From contig OZ024751.1 in the NCBI GenBank assembly GCA_964016885.1, forward strand, positions 32,612,001 through 32,676,000: 64,000 nucleotides of DNA, read 5' to 3'. The DNA is from Eledone cirrhosa. Taxonomy: Eukaryota. The stretch's first letter is position 1. Each line of letters begins with the position of its first letter. The position numbers and the translations under genes were made by a program. The notes beneath the pieces are model-generated. The model saw only the letters and a list, made by a program, of their open reading frames with translations, was not told the origin of the DNA and ran no database searches. This document shows positions 13,891 through 29,793 of this stretch, piece by piece.

Positions 13891-14193
13891 TGGGTCGTCA
13901 AGTATGAAATTTGTAGAAATCTGTAGAAAATAAACAAATTTCTACAAATTTCAAACTTGATGTTACGGTTAGTAATTCCTGCTAACATTAAAATATGCAG
14001 TTGTCACAGTTATAATGAATTATTTCCCGTATGAACATCGGACAACATAAGTTAGTCGTTCAACTATTTTACATTTACACATATATGAGTATCTGTGTAC
14101 ACACGATCACCTGATCACCATTACGGCCTAAAAAACAAAATTAACCGAGTGGGATTACACAATGCCCGTATATATACATATATACATGTGCAG

Positions 14194-14573
14194 TACGATG
14201 GCCCTTATTTTTCAACTTTCCAAACGTTTAGCTCTCATCCCACTATCTTGTTCCAATTTTTAAAAAAACAATCTATGCAAAACTTTAGCTCAAACGGACA
14301 AATGAAAGGCGACCCTCATCGACCGTGAAATTTTGAAGTTTTCGCCCGGAGTGTCATTTTTTCAGATAATTTTTGTTTATCTCTTATATAATTTTCTCTT
14401 AAATTAAAAACTTATTCTTGGTATTAGAAGGATAAGTGACAATAAATATAATGGGGAAGACAACTTGCAAAGCTGGGGACAGAGCGCAGGTATAGGGCAA
14501 ATACCTATTTTTCGCTATAGGAGAAGCAAAATTTTAACTTTCGGAAAATTACCTATTGCTAAGGGCCACCCTA
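14194..14573. mobile_element. Degenerate hATm-like MITE
   Basis: Ends TACGATGGCCCTTA ... TAAGGGCCACCCTA (reverse complement TAGGGTGGCCCTTA; TAGGGTG is the hATm-type terminus). Confidence 0.55.
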
Positions 14574-14659
14574 ATATACATATATCCGTATGTGGTTGAG
14601 AAATGAGTACTCGGTATGTATATATATATATATATTATATGATTTGTATATATATACTC

Positions 14660-15360
14660 TCTTTACTATCCTTGCTCCCCTTTTCTCCTTGCTCTCCCCT
14701 TCTCCTTGTAGCTAGGTACTTGTTTATATACAAATACAATGAGAAAAGGGGAGCAAAGAGAAAAGGAGAGTAAGGAGGAAGGAGAGCAAGGAGAGCAATG
14801 ATAAAAGGAGAGTAAGGAGAACAAGGAGAAAAGGAAAGCAATGATAGCAAGGAGGGCAAAGAGAAAAGGGGAGTAAGGAGAACAAGGAGAAAAGGAAAGC
14901 AATGAGAGCAAGGAGGGCAAAGAGAAAAGGGGAGTAAGGAGAACAAGGAGAAAAGGAAAGCAAGGAGAGCAAGGAAGGCAAAGAGAAAAGGAGAGCAAGG
15001 AGAGCAATGAAAAAAAGAGAGGAAGGAGAAAAGGAGAGCAATTGGAAAAGGGGAGCAAGGGGAGCTAGGAGAATAAGGATAAAGGGAGAGCAAGGAGAGT
15101 AATGGGAAAGGGAGAGCAAGGAGTGAAAGGAGAACAATGATAAAAGGAGAGCAAGGAGGGTAATGGGAAAAGGAGAGCAAGGAGAGCAAGGATAAAAGGA
15201 GAGCAGGGAGAGTAATGGAAAAGGGAGAGCAATGGGGGCAAGGAGAACAAGGATAAAAGGAGAGCAAGGAGAGTAATGGGAAAAGGAGAGCAAGGAGAGC
15301 AAGGATAAAAGAAGAGAAAGGAGAGTAATGGGAAAAGGAGAGCAAAGAGAGCAAGGAGGA
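14660..15360. repeat. Purine-rich minisatellite (AAGGAGAGC-type units with higher-order repeats)
   Basis: Degenerate tandem AAGGAGAGC/AAGGAGAAC/AAGGAAAGC units; explains the L/S/F/P-rich minus-strand ORFs. Confidence 0.9.
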
Positions 15361-15439
15361 GTTAAAGCAAATATTGCTTAAGTTATGCTGGAAGCAGACA
15401 AAGGTGAAGAAGAGGAAGAAGAAAAAAGTCAACTGAAGA

Positions 15440-16203
15440 GGTACCAAAATGACTTTTCTTCCTTTACAAACATCGAGTTTTCGTCATCTGTAACTCCTGG
15501 TACAAAAACTTAATTTGCGAGATTTTCTATCAGCACCGATTTCCTCGACAATGATCCTTCAACATGGAAGGATGATCCTGATTACAAAAGTGTACTTGAA
15601 AAACTTGAGAAGACAGTTGTTGTGAATAATGTTGCAGAAAGATTACAATAACAATCTCACAAAAGATTAAACTGTGAAATAGTTTGCTTTTACAGATCGT
15701 TACCGTAATCCGTAAAACATACCCAAATGCCACTAAATCCTCTCTAATGCAAAAAAAATGTTCAATATTCAGTGTTCAGTGTTCACATTATGTTTTTGAT
15801 TCTATAGAAATTATTGTTGTAAATAAAAATGCGTTTCTCTTGTGTGTGTTATCAAGAAAACCTAATATTTCTTAAGTTTTTCATATTATTTCAGAAATTT
15901 TTCAAATTAACTATTGCTAAATTTGATTCAGAACATTTTAAAACATTTGTTGGGGTTGCCTGGATGTGTCCACATAAATTTCTTTAAGAAGAAAAAAGAA
16001 AATTGTCGAGATAGGAAACAGTTTTTGAACAGAATTAATCGTTGCGTATACTATGTTCTAACTTCAAGGCGTTTGGGGATCGCCTAATAGTTGTTCGATT
16101 GAGCTGAAATTTTGTACACCCGTGATTTTGTTGATTGGAATAGAATTAGAGTGTGGGAGCAGCAAAACTTTCGGAAGATTACGCTTTACTAAGGGCCACA
16201 CTA
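15440..16203 (+). mobile_element. 3' remnant of a hAT (hATm-like) transposon
   Basis: Translates to ISTDFLDNDPSTWKDDPDYKSVLEKLEKTVVVNNVAER...LLQIVTVIRKTYP (C-terminal VVND.AER-type motif) and ends in TAAGGGCCACACTA, matching the terminus at 14560-14573. Confidence 0.6.
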
Positions 16204-16268
16204 ATGTACAGTTAAAAATAAATACGTGCATGTGAATATATATATATATATATATATATATTTAAATA

Positions 16269-16354
16269 CAGGGTGTCCCCAAAAAATGTATACACCATAT
16301 AAATATTGCTTGTACAGGTAATCAAAATGTGTGTACATTTTGGGGGACACCCTG
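16269..16354. mobile_element. 86-bp Tc1/mariner-type MITE
   Basis: TIRs CAGGGTGTCCCCAAAAAATGTATACAC / GTGTACATTTTGGGGGACACCCTG; TA on the left, TG on the right. Confidence 0.75.
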
Positions 16355-16662
16355 TGTATGCATATATATTCACACATATATGTGCACATATATATGTATA
16401 TATATATATGTGTGTGTATATATATGTATATATATATGTATATATATATATATATATGTGAGTGTGTGTATATATATATATATATTGTGTGTGTGTATGT
16501 ATGTGTGTGTGCTTGTGTTTATACTACCATAGTGTCCGTACAAAATGATTGGGTTTATAGTAAAATATATTTAATATAATTCCTTGATTACGACCTTCTA
16601 AGATACTTGAATCCTCTGTCTATCTATCTACCTATCTATCTACCTATCTATCTACCTATCTA

Positions 16663-16693
<31 letters not shown>

Positions 16694-17319
16694 CGCTCTC
16701 TATAATGTGTTTGTATAAAGACAGCCTAGGGCTAAACAAGCGTAGTACAAAAGCAACAACCAAAAGAATGTCAATTGTTGCTCAGGGTTGTACTGTACAA
16801 ACAACACACAACAACAACTATAACAATAACAGCAGCAACTACAACAACAACAACAACAACAATAACAACTATAACAACAACTATGACAACACCAACAACA
16901 GCAGCAACAACAAATGAAAGATGCAAGTAAAAAGGATCATGTTTGTGATACTCAACTTACTCGTGAAAATAATACAACGTTATTTTTAGAAATAAGTAGA
17001 CACACAAAATAAAAAGCCTATTGCTAACTAAATTTGTCCACATTTAGAGATGTTACTGCAAAGACTGTTGTAGGTACAGTGTAAGTTGTCTGTAAATGAA
17101 ATTAGATCGACTCCCTAGGAGATTGTTTTTTAAACCTAACGCAGCGTTGAAATATGCAATATAATAGTATGTCCCCTCCTCATTACCTACCAGAAGATTG
17201 GGAGTAACCGTGACACCAACGTTTTCAGAATTTTTAAATATTATGTTTTTGTCCGTGGAAACCCTTAACTAGAGGGATATTGTATATCTTCTTGAATATC
17301 CGAATGCTACTTAAATACA

Positions 17320-17381
<62 letters not shown>

Positions 17382-17387
<6 letters not shown>

Positions 17388-17727
17388 TAAAAGGAATTCC
17401 AACTTTGTCTGATTTACTCGTTTTATTTACAATCCTTTAAAATTTATAATGGTTTTAGAATGAAATAGTATGGTAGAATATTAAATGTTGAAACAGTTGA
17501 AAATTGCAAACTTGACTGTCACCACACATTATGAACCTGAAGATTGCGAAAGCATGAAAGTACTTGTTCAATTAACACTTAACATTTAATATTCTACCAA
17601 CTATTTCATTCTAATACCATTATAAATTTTAAAGGATTGTAAATAAAACGAGTAAATCAGACAAAGTTTGAATTCCTTTTATTAATATAATCTTCTATAC
17701 AAAATTATACACACCCGTGTATATTTA

Positions 17728-17730
<3 letters not shown>
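17382..17730 (+). mobile_element. Fold-back PLE-like terminus with a hammerhead in the spacer
   Basis: Arms ~17382-17489 and ~17580-17689, tail to ~17730, (TA)n flanks. Confidence 0.75.
17532..17570 (+). ncRNA. Minimal hammerhead ribozyme motif
   Basis: TGAAC CTGAAGA T-TGC-GAAA-GCA-T GAA AGTACT T GTTCA: perfect stem I, GNRA-capped stem II, palindromic stem III. Confidence 0.8.
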
Positions 17731-17782
<52 letters not shown>

Positions 17783-18241
17783 CATTAACAGAGAAAGCTT
17801 TAAGCAATACTCCGACCGGCTTCCGTCTCACTGAACAAACATTAGGATATACCTTAGTATAATCCCACGTTTGGTGTGCTAACTGTACGTATTTTGCGGA
17901 TAGCCAGTTGTATTATTTTATATGAGACATAATTAAATACATCTCTCTCTCCAAACGATCGTTTCATTATAAGTTTTCTACAAATTGGGAAAATAATGTC
18001 CAGGTTATGTAGAAGCCTACACATAGTCCATAGGAATATATGTAGGTGGGTACGTATAAATCATCAGTGTATGCACGATAATATCGACATAAAAAAAACC
18101 TTACCGATATTAATATTCAGCGATGGTACCCGTCCGTGCTAGAGTGACCGCCAAATTTGAAATTCCAGCAGTCTCACAATGAGAAATCTCACACCGTCAC
18201 AAAGCGGGAAGGGGAGGTCATCGCAAAACATAAAAGAATAA

Positions 18242-18292
<51 letters not shown>

Positions 18293-18431
18293 TCCCGAAG
18301 AACGCGGTCATATGCATTTTCGATGCGTATATAACAATAATATAACTCTTGGCAATAATCCTACGATTTCTCGAAGACCTGTGCCGCAGTGTGAATAATT
18401 GGTTGGCTGTGCTGTATCAGGGGGGGGGGGG

Positions 18432-18520
18432 ACTGCACTGTTCATCTGCTAGCTTGGACTCGACAACCTTTTTACATCTCTTTGCCAGACACTTAGCATA
18501 GACTTTACCGAGGAGGCTTA
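18432..18520 (-). pseudogene. RTE-like LINE RT fragment
   Basis: LSLLGKVYAKCLAKRCKKVVESKLADEQC resembles the non-LTR RT region preceding the Q-x-GF motif. Confidence 0.55.
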
Positions 18521-18880
18521 ACGAAAGAATGTGAATCGTAATCACGAAAAATGACCAATTGATATATAAACAGAGGTACTTTATATTACTTAAAATATAT
18601 GACAACTAAGCATGTTTTCGTTGGTAGTCAGTTTCATAATTATATCTAATTATTAGTAGCAGAGTAATTTGTATATATGCAATTATATATATGATATACA
18701 TATATCTATTGTGAGTGAATGAGAAAAAATATGTTGAAGTGTATATATACTATTTAAATTAAATTTTCTCACTCGCTGTTCGAATTCAGCACAAACTTGA
18801 TCTTCGACGAGATGCGAAGTCATCTTCTCAGACGATCACGGTCAAATGGAACTCGATTAGCAGGAGAGAAAATTCAGTTG

Positions 18881-18974
<94 letters not shown>

Positions 18975-18978
<4 letters not shown>

Positions 18979-19119
18979 ATAACATGGTCGGCTGTACAAA
19001 AGAGTTTTATTTACAGTATTAACAATTGTTTCATTGATCAGGTGAGTCTAAAGGCCGCTGATCACTCGAAATTGTGCCATTAGACTTTAAATACAGTGTG
19101 CGTCTCTGATCAAATCATC

Positions 19120-19122
<3 letters not shown>
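18975..19122 (-). mobile_element. Family A-related PLE-like terminus with a long-stem-II hammerhead-like motif
   Basis: Minus strand: CCGATGA T-TTGATCAG...CTGATCAA-T GAAAC-AATT-GTT. Near-identical copy at 28595-28760; relatives at 20560-20640, 21605-21760, 63068-63162 and 63905-64000. Confidence 0.65.
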
Positions 19123-19169
<47 letters not shown>

Positions 19170-19182
19170 CACACACACATAC

Positions 19183-19371
19183 ACGAAGGAAGTGTGGTAA
19201 GGAACCAGATGGAACATAACGCACCAGAGTACTCAATACTTAGGTTAGTAGAGTGGGTAATAGGAAAATGTTTAACCCCGAAGGCAGAGCTCAAGCCGTT
19301 TCGACGGCTATTTCTGTCCAGAAATAGCCGTCGAAACGGCTTGAGCTCTGCCTTCGGGGTTAAACATTTTC
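19183..19371 (-). mobile_element. Fold-back family D: ~108-bp palindrome plus 80-bp tail
   Basis: 19264-19371 is self-complementary around TCTGTCCAGA; tail 19183-19263. Confidence 0.8.
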
Positions 19372-19442
19372 ATATATATATATGGTGGAACTGGTGGGTT
19401 ATATCCGCAGTAGTTGAGCACTAATTTAATTCATTAAAACCA

Positions 19443-19479
19443 GAGCTGATGATCCGTTGAGGTGAAACAAATTGTTCTC
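19443..19479 (+). ncRNA. Minimal hammerhead-like motif
   Basis: GAG CTGATGA T-CC-GTTGA-GG-T GAAAC-AAATT-GTT CTC. Confidence 0.6.
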
Positions 19480-19499
19480 GGATATGGTGTACTAACTGT

Positions 19500-19533
<34 letters not shown>

Positions 19534-19553
19534 ATATATACATTACTAACTGT

Positions 19554-19720
<167 letters not shown>

Positions 19721-20012
19721 ATAATATATATAATATATATATTATATATATTATATATATATAATATATATATATATATAATATATATAATATATATATT
19801 ATTATATATATATATTATATATATTATATATTATATATAATATATATATATATGCGTGACCCTCACTACATTGAGTTTTAAATCAACCTGTAAATGAGTT
19901 TAACTACTCCCGTTAATATTATAGCTGTAATATTAATACAACTATTATATATATATATGATTATTTCTCACGAATGAAACAGTTCTGGTCTTGTAGAAGC
20001 TCTTCTATATTA

Positions 20013-20539
<527 letters not shown>

Positions 20540-20671
20540 TATACACACACATATATTGTCTTTATGTCAGTACTTTAAATTGTCAGTACTTTAAATAAAG
20601 CCCTTATTGTACAGCCAACCATGTTACTCTTCATTCTTTTATATATATAATATATATATGTGTGTGTGTGT

Positions 20672-20722
<51 letters not shown>

Positions 20723-20783
20723 CATATGTATGTGTGTATATATATTTATATATATATACATATATATGTGTGTGTATATATTT

Positions 20784-20821
<38 letters not shown>

Positions 20822-20829
20822 TTATATAT

Positions 20830-21168
20830 AAAAATGGCGTAGACATACAATACAACAGGAGGAAAAGATAGCACCACTGACGATGTTGCAGATGTGCAAC
20901 GAAAGATTTATGATAAACTATATATATGTTTGTGTCTATATTGTATCTGTATTATTTTTGACCGTCGGTCAGTCAATGGCAACATTGAGGACCGAGTAAG
21001 TTAGATTACCGATATAAAAGACACAGAAGCGAAAACCAACCAAACAGTGAGTGTGTTCTGTTATTAATTCTGGCAATATTACACAAATATGACCCACCCC
21101 AAGTATAACAATATTTGTTTCGACACACGATTTCATATAAAAAACCTCGCAAAACTAATTCATCGCCG

Positions 21169-21170
<2 letters not shown>
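20830..21170. repeat. Interspersed family C copy
   Basis: Reverse complement of 31113-31400 and related to 63205-63380. Confidence 0.7.
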
Positions 21171-21259
<89 letters not shown>

Positions 21260-21492
21260 AGAGCTTCTACAGGACCAGAACTGTTTCATTCGTGAGAAAT
21301 AATCATATATATATATAATAGTTGTATTAATATTACAGCTATAATATTAACGGGGGTAGTTAAACTCGTTTACAGGTTGATTTAAAGCTCAATGTAGTGA
21401 GGGTCACGCAGAGCTGTTATACATTAAGTTTAGAATTCTTCGCCGGCAGAAACGTTTGTCCGTTTACTAAATCTGTGGTGTTTCTAAATTTA

Positions 21493-21573
<81 letters not shown>

Positions 21574-21604
21574 ACAGTTAGTAATGTATATATATATATA
21601 TATA

Positions 21605-21925
21605 CATTAAGTACTGACAATTGTTTCGTTGATCAGGTGAGTCTAGAGTTCGCTAATCGCGATTAGCGAACTCTAGACTCACATGATCAACGAAAAGTTG
21701 TCAGTACTTTAAATAAAGCCCCTTATTGTACAGCCAACCATGTTACTCTTCATTCTTTAACTAGTATTACTCCAAGTATAACCTGCATAGAAATTACTGC
21801 GAACTCGCTGCATCACTATGGAAGCATCTTGTGAGTCAAACAAAGCCGTACGTTAAAACTATCCACAACGCAGAGTACTCACAGCCTCTAATTGGATTAC
21901 CTATAACGATAACTTGTTATCCCAT
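21605..21925 (+). mobile_element. Family A fold-back followed by a family B terminus
   Basis: 21605-21660 is inverted relative to 21656-21712; 21810-21925 is the reverse complement of 3103-3220. Confidence 0.7.
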
Positions 21926-21930
21926 ATATA

Positions 21931-22042
<112 letters not shown>

Positions 22043-22233
22043 ATCACACATGCATATAGATGCACGTCTGTGCTTAAGTGTAATGGGGTATATGTGTGTA
22101 ACTACAGTCTCTAATGATGTTGTTGATGGCTAATTAATGTCTGCTCATCCTTTCTTCCTTTCATCCTCTCATACAGAAACATAAACCACTTAATATGAAA
22201 TTCAACACCAGGGAGGGGTGGGGGTATATTGCA

Positions 22234-22318
<85 letters not shown>

Positions 22319-22371
22319 ATGTGTTCCTTGTATATACATACACACACGTATATATGTATATATACACACAC

Positions 22372-22509
<138 letters not shown>

Positions 22510-22576
22510 CTCATTTTTTATATATATATATATATGGCCTCAACCGAGTGGCTGGAACGGGTAAAAGAGTAAAAGA

Positions 22577-22615
<39 letters not shown>

Positions 22616-22899
22616 TGCGTTTGTCTGTAGGTTTATGCATATATACCTACAAACACATGCACACATATATGAAATTAGGAAATATACTTTACAGTCTATA
22701 AAGTCGTAAATGGATGTTATTTCTAAAGATTCGACAACTCTATACAAGGAACCAATCAAATTCTCTTTCATAAACGTATCTCCTCCTCTACTGATTCTTA
22801 AGAAGATTCTAATTTTTGGTTCGTCTAAATACCATTTATACAACTAACTTAACCCGCCCACTGTTAATAATAAACAAGTCTAACATAATATCATTTAGT

Positions 22900-22980
22900 T
22901 TAAACAAACCCCCTCTGAAGATACGTACAAAATACATTGCAGTTTATTTTGTGGAAATATAATATATTAGGATTGTTTAA
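22900..22980 (+). ncRNA. Hammerhead-like motif
   Basis: CCT CTGAAGA ..ACAAAATA..TATTTTGT-G GAA ATATAATATAT T AGG, with extended stem I TTAAACAA/TTGTTTAA. Confidence 0.55.
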
Positions 22981-23300
22981 GCCAAGCGACGGATAACTCA
23001 ATTATATAAAGCGAAACTTCAAAATTGAGCAATTTCCGGTATATTGAAACCTGCTTAATGAACATGAAATAAATAATAAATGTAGATTTGAAAATTATTC
23101 AATAATATATATATATATATAATGGATATATAATTGCTCAATATATATATATATATATATATAGTATACTAGGGAGAGGATCAGGGGTGTATAACACTCC
23201 ACTTATCCAGCAGGCAGTATAAGGTTAGCTCGATGTCTGAGGACAGAGCCGTGATATAATAAATAACAAAGAACGCCTATAGCATATGCATATCTTTACT

Positions 23301-23346
23301 TGCTAACATTGTTTCATCCGCACTATAAGTGGGACTCATCAGAGCA
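23301..23346 (-). ncRNA. Hammerhead ribozyme of the PLE2 3' end
   Basis: Minus strand: TGCT CTGATGA GTCC-CAC-TTATA-GTG-C-GGAT GAAAC-AAT-GTT AGCA. Confidence 0.82.
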
Positions 23347-23947
23347 TAAAGGTTAATTACATACCACACAAGCAATAACAAATCCAAGACATTGAAGAAT
23401 GAAAAATAATAAAAGATAAAGGATATTAAGGAAGTAAAAGTAAAAATAAAAATAAAAATAAAAATAAAAAATAAACAATGAAAAATAATTGAAAAATAGG
23501 GGGTGCTATCAGTCACAGTTGGGCGGGGTGCTGTCAACATATAGTTACATACAAGCATACGCATGGATAAGAGAAAAGACAAGAGTAGATAAGATAGATA
23601 GGATTAGGTAAGAGTAGGTAAAAAATAGGTGAAAATAGGTAAAAAATAGACTTATAATATATATAAGAAAATATAAAAAAATATAAAAAACATACATATA
23701 AAATATAAAATATACAGATAATAGTGATACAGGGTAAGGAATGAAATAAAATAATATAAAATTAAAATTAAAATTATATAAAATTATATAAAATAGAACA
23801 TAATATAATATAATCATAAAATAAGATAAAATAAGGTAAACTAAAATAAAATAAAATAGACTAAAATAAAATAATATAATATAAGATATAATTAAATATA
23901 ATTAAATAAATAAATAAATAAAATTAAATAAATAAATAAAATTAAAA

Positions 23948-23987
<40 letters not shown>

Positions 23988-24096
23988 GTAAATAAATAAA
24001 TGAAATTAAATAAATAAATAAATAAAATTAAATAAAATGAAATGAAGTAAATAAAATAAAATAAAGTAAATTGAGATAAGATATATATTTTTTTAG

Positions 24097-24249
24097 AATA
24101 TATTTCTTGAATATATCAGGGGCCCACGAAGGCACTAAGTGTCACAGTTATCAGTATCACTTGACCATTTTTTTTAAATATATTTCTTGAATATATCAGG
24201 GGCCCACGAAGGCACTAAGTGTCACAGTTATCAGTATCACTTGACCATT
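24097..24249. repeat. 80-bp tandem duplication in the PLE2 3' UTR
   Basis: AATATATTTCTTGAATATATCAGGGGCCC...TTGACCATT occurs at 24097 and 24177. Confidence 0.9.
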
Positions 24250-25520
24250 GCAAGGCAATGGAGGCGTCCCAGGTTGGGCAGTCTCAAAAGTTCACTCGAA
24301 AGTCACGGGTGTGCATTCACACAGTTGAGCGGTGGGGTAATCACAAACCGGTTCACACCCGGGCAGGAGTCCAATGGTCAAACAGAGGTACATCGAAGGA
24401 AGGTAGGAGAATTCACGTGCAGTAGCAAGAGGCAGACAATTGGGCCGAAAGCAAGCAGGTGCGGGCGGGTTAGCCAAAGCAAGCAGACACAGTTGGAGCG
24501 CATACAAAAGATATATAAAAAAACAAAAGATATATAAAAAAATAGCTTCAAGAGCCAATATCATGAAGTCACCGCATTGGGACATCACAAGATTATACAC
24601 ACCAATATGTTCAGCACGTATATGCACATATACACACCACATGCATATGCAGAGACGGTATACATATATATATTTTTTTTTATATACAGACATATACAAC
24701 CACCTACACCCATACACATATAAATGTATACACAGACACACACGCACACACACACAGCGTAGGACACCCGGGTCAAAGCTGATATTAAACACAGAAATAC
24801 CACATTAGGCAAGACCCACCACCACGGATAATACATTCAAAATAAATACATACGATGAGATGTAGTAAAATAAAATTGAATTCCTACGGAGATAATCATG
24901 TCCACACGTGCCATTGCCCGATTTAAGTGTACACAGACCGTTAGTAACTACGGAGGGCTATCGGGGCCAAAACGTTACTTTCGGGATCATAACAACGACC
25001 GTCAATATATGGAAGGCCGATCATGCTAGAAAGACTACAACCCCGGGCAAGAGCTCACAGAAGTCAGCCTGTAGATCTTAAACCACAGAATAGGAGGGCA
25101 ACACGTACATGCGCCACGTATCTACTGCTTACGGCGAGATGGCACAGGTCCGCCCACAGTTACAGGCTAAATTTCTATTTGTGCAGCCTATATCACAGTA
25201 CACGCTCTACATAGATACATTACATCATAACTCATGCGCATACAGAGGTACAGATCCGCAAGATACACGTCAGGATAGACCCACCAATGCACCAATGGTG
25301 GGTAGGCGAGCGTGGATGGGTTACATCCGCTGTGCCAAACAGGGGTGCTTATTAACATACACACCCACTCACCTGTACACCCCAATATCCAGATCAATAT
25401 CCTCCCGCAGGCATACGTATACTCACCGACTCATATACATAGAAGACAAACAATAGGAGACAGTTACACACAATAAGAGACAGTTACACAAGATAGCCCA
25501 ACTGGAGAAATAAGGAAGTG

Positions 25521-27352
<1,832 letters not shown>

Positions 27353-27614
27353 ATGCTTTGGGAGGGTCATATATATATATGCAAAAGGTAAACAGAAATA
27401 ACAAAGGAACGACACAGTACAATGAAAAAATATAAAATGTTTTATGCTTTATGTAATAGGAAAATAGATTTAACATTTCGGACACTAGTCATTCATCAGA
27501 AGATAGAATGAGAAATAAAAAAAGAAGTAAAAAAAAAAAAAAGATAGAGGAAGGATCGGAAATATTTTTTACTTTAGAAAAACACGTGCGTATTCAGCCA
27601 CACACACACATACA

Positions 27615-27684
<70 letters not shown>

Positions 27685-27693
<9 letters not shown>

Positions 27694-28544
27694 CGTAAAA
27701 TAAGAGAATTATAAAATTAACTTACTTACTAAAATTTCACTCCCAACTAATTAGTTTCTGAAATGGAATAAATATACTTTCCGAAGAAAATATTGAGAAG
27801 CATTTCGTCGTCAGGGAAGACTATTCTCAGAAAATAGCAAAGCGTGGACTGAATTCCTAGCCATTGAGAAAATCACTGCCTCTGCGTCGGTGGCAAATTC
27901 AAAAAGAATCAATCACGTGACATCGAGGTCAATCAGTGGAAAGTGGTTTGTTAATAAGACAGCGGCCTGCCTGCTACCATAGCAGCAGTCTTGGCCAATA
28001 TTGCTCGACAAATAATTTGGAGATAATTATAAAGAATTAATATCTAGTAACATATATATACATACTTGTTTCTACTTTAGGCACAAGGCCAGCAATTACC
28101 CAGTGCATTACTGGTACTTTATTTTATCGACCCCGTAAGGATGAAAGGCAAAGTCAACCTCGGCGGGATTTGAACTCAGATCGTAAAGGGACGTAACTAT
28201 GCTTGAAAGCATGGCGTCCGACTCTCTACCGATACTGCCAATCCACCGCCCTTTCATATATATACATACTGATGCATATCAATGCTAGCAAATATATAGG
28301 TTTTGTCTTAGTAACTTTGTGGTTCAATGCATGGGGTTGCAGAACGATAATATGAGAGACGTAAAATAAGAGAATTATAAAATTAACTTACTAAAATTTC
28401 ACTCCCAACTAATTAGTTTCTGAAATGGAATAAATATACTTTCCGAAGAAAATATAGAGAAGCATTTGGTCGTCAGGGAAAACCTATATATTTGCTAGCA
28501 TTGATATGCATCTGTATGTATATATATGTTACTAGATATTAATT

Positions 28545-28550
<6 letters not shown>
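27685..28550 (-). mobile_element. Non-coding PLE-like insertion with tandem and inverted segments and two hammerheads
   Basis: 27685-27819 is repeated at 28330-28480; 28479-28549 is an inverted copy of 28030-28304 minus the SINE. Hammerhead CTTCC CTGACGA..GAA ACTAATTAGT T GGGAG at 27740-27819 and 28402-28480. Confidence 0.75.
28067..28254 (-). mobile_element. SINE with 16-bp TSD
   Basis: CATATATATACATACT at 28051-28066 and 28255-28270. Confidence 0.9.
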
Positions 28551-28596
<46 letters not shown>

Positions 28597-28754
28597 AAAT
28601 AGTGAAGAATGACATGGTCGGCTGTACAAAGGGGTTTATTTACAGTATTAACAATTGTTTCATTGATCAAGTGAGTTTAAAGGCCGCTAATCACTCGAAA
28701 TTGCGTCACTCGACCTTAAATACAGTGTGTGTCTCTGATCAAATCATCGGAAAC

Positions 28755-28792
<38 letters not shown>

Positions 28793-28869
28793 TTTGTCGA
28801 TGGTGTTGTCGAGATGTGTTTACTTAAATTATATTTTTACGTTTTCCCCGTCTTATTGTGTAATGAAGA

Positions 28870-28892
28870 TGATTGTGTTGATGACAATGATG

Positions 28893-28959
<67 letters not shown>

Positions 28960-29762
28960 GATGGTGTTGTTGTTGTTGTGGTAAAGCATGTGGGGGAGGC
29001 AGTGGGGGAGGCAGGATGTTTGTATGGGGATTAAGGCAATATATAAAGTTAGGGTGAATTTTCAGTTATATAATGTGTCGAGGAGTACAGAATCGTGTGG
29101 TGGTGGTTGGTTGGTGGTGGGTGGTTGGTTGGTGGTGGTTGTGATGGTGATGATGGTTGTGAAGGTGGGTGGTGGGTGTAGTGATGGTGGTAGTGGTGTT
29201 GCTGGTGATGCTGGTTGTGGTGATAGTGATGGTAGAGGAGATGGTGGTGGTGGTGGTGGTTGTGGTACTGATGGCGGAGGGGTTAGTGTTGGTGGTGGTG
29301 ATGGGTTGCTGGTGGTGTAAGTGATGGTGATGGTGAAGTGTTGCTGGTGGTGGAGGTGATGGTGGTGGTGATGGGTTGCTGGTGGTAGAGGTGATGGTGG
29401 TGGAGGTGATAGTGGAGGTGAAGGGTTGCTGGTGGTGAAGGTGATGGTGGTGGTGAAGCGTTGCTGGTGGTGAAGGTGATGGTGGTGATGAGGGGTTGAT
29501 GGTGGTGGAGGTGATGGTTGTGGTGAAGAGTTGCTGGTGGTGAAGGTGATGGTGGAGGTGAAGGGTTGCTGGTGGTGAAGGTGATGGTGGTGGTGAAGCG
29601 TTGATGGTGGTGGAGGTGATAGTGGAGCGTTGGTGGTAACATTATTAAAGAGGATACACAAAAGCTATAATGACAACAAAAAGGAAGATAATTCTAAAAT
29701 GGTGCTAAACCGTTGTTTGGTGGAAAGTGTTTTAGGGGTAGATTTGGGGTTAGATATTAAAG

Positions 29763-29793
<31 letters not shown>

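Noticed and set aside
14635-15447. 270-aa hydrophobic membrane-like ORF
   Set aside because: Antisense translation of the purine minisatellite.
20877-20912. CTGACGA-GTTGC/GCAAC-GAAA
   Set aside because: Stems I and III are not evident, and the second copy (31325-31350) differs in the core.
27470-27502. Other partial hammerhead cores (also 7280, 32342, 33618, 58713, 62057)
   Set aside because: Missing stem I pairing or GAAA; cannot be distinguished from decay or chance by eye.
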